14,341 nucleotides of DNA from a virus. Taxonomy: Duplodnaviria; Heunggongvirae; Uroviricota; Caudoviricetes. The notes below the pieces were generated by a model. That model saw nothing but the letters and a program-made list of their open reading frames with translations, did not search any database and was not told where the DNA came from. A program made the translations under genes and the position numbers. This document shows, piece after piece, positions 14,326 to 14,341 of this stretch. Position 1 is the stretch's first letter, and each line of letters begins with the position of its first letter. The stretch spans positions 1 to 14,341 of IMG/VR virus record IMGVR_UViG_2703718829_000006; one strand, written 5' to 3'.

Positions 14326-14341
14326 TAGACTGGCCCCCTGA
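14326..14341. mobile_element. Probable left terminal inverted repeat of IS2 (first 16 bp only), inserted in the spanin gene.
   Basis: TAGACTGGCCCCCTGA matches the recalled IS2 terminus (TAGACTGGCCCCCTGAATCTCCAGACAACC...). Only 16 bp are inside the window, so this rests on memory of the IS2 end. Confidence 0.5.

Overview
This window is most of a lambdoid (lambda-like) enterobacterial prophage, read from its integrase end into the lysis cassette. Everything here is from reading the sequence and from recalled protein families; no searches were run. Layout: a P4-type tyrosine integrase (1..1170, +) converging on an excisionase-like gene; a leftward early operon on the minus strand (TraR/DksA zinc finger, phage Dam methyltransferase, Gp157-family protein, RecT, Gam); an immunity region with a CI-like repressor divergent from a Cro/YdaS-like gene and a YdaT-like protein; lambda-type replication genes O (with embedded iteron origin), P and ren; a DLP12-like nin block (ybcN, ninE, ybcO, rusA, ylcG); a Q-like antiterminator; a late regulatory region with a tR'-like terminator; then holin, lambda R-type endolysin and an Rz spanin that is cut off at the window edge by what looks like the first 16 bases of an IS2 inverted repeat. 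The most interesting part is a ~1.9 kb accessory insert between ren and ybcN (9039..10921): a Bro-N domain protein, a 460-bp ORF-free stretch, and an AT-rich 118-aa orphan gene with its own terminator. It is positioned like a moron or defence cargo, but its function cannot be assigned from sequence alone.
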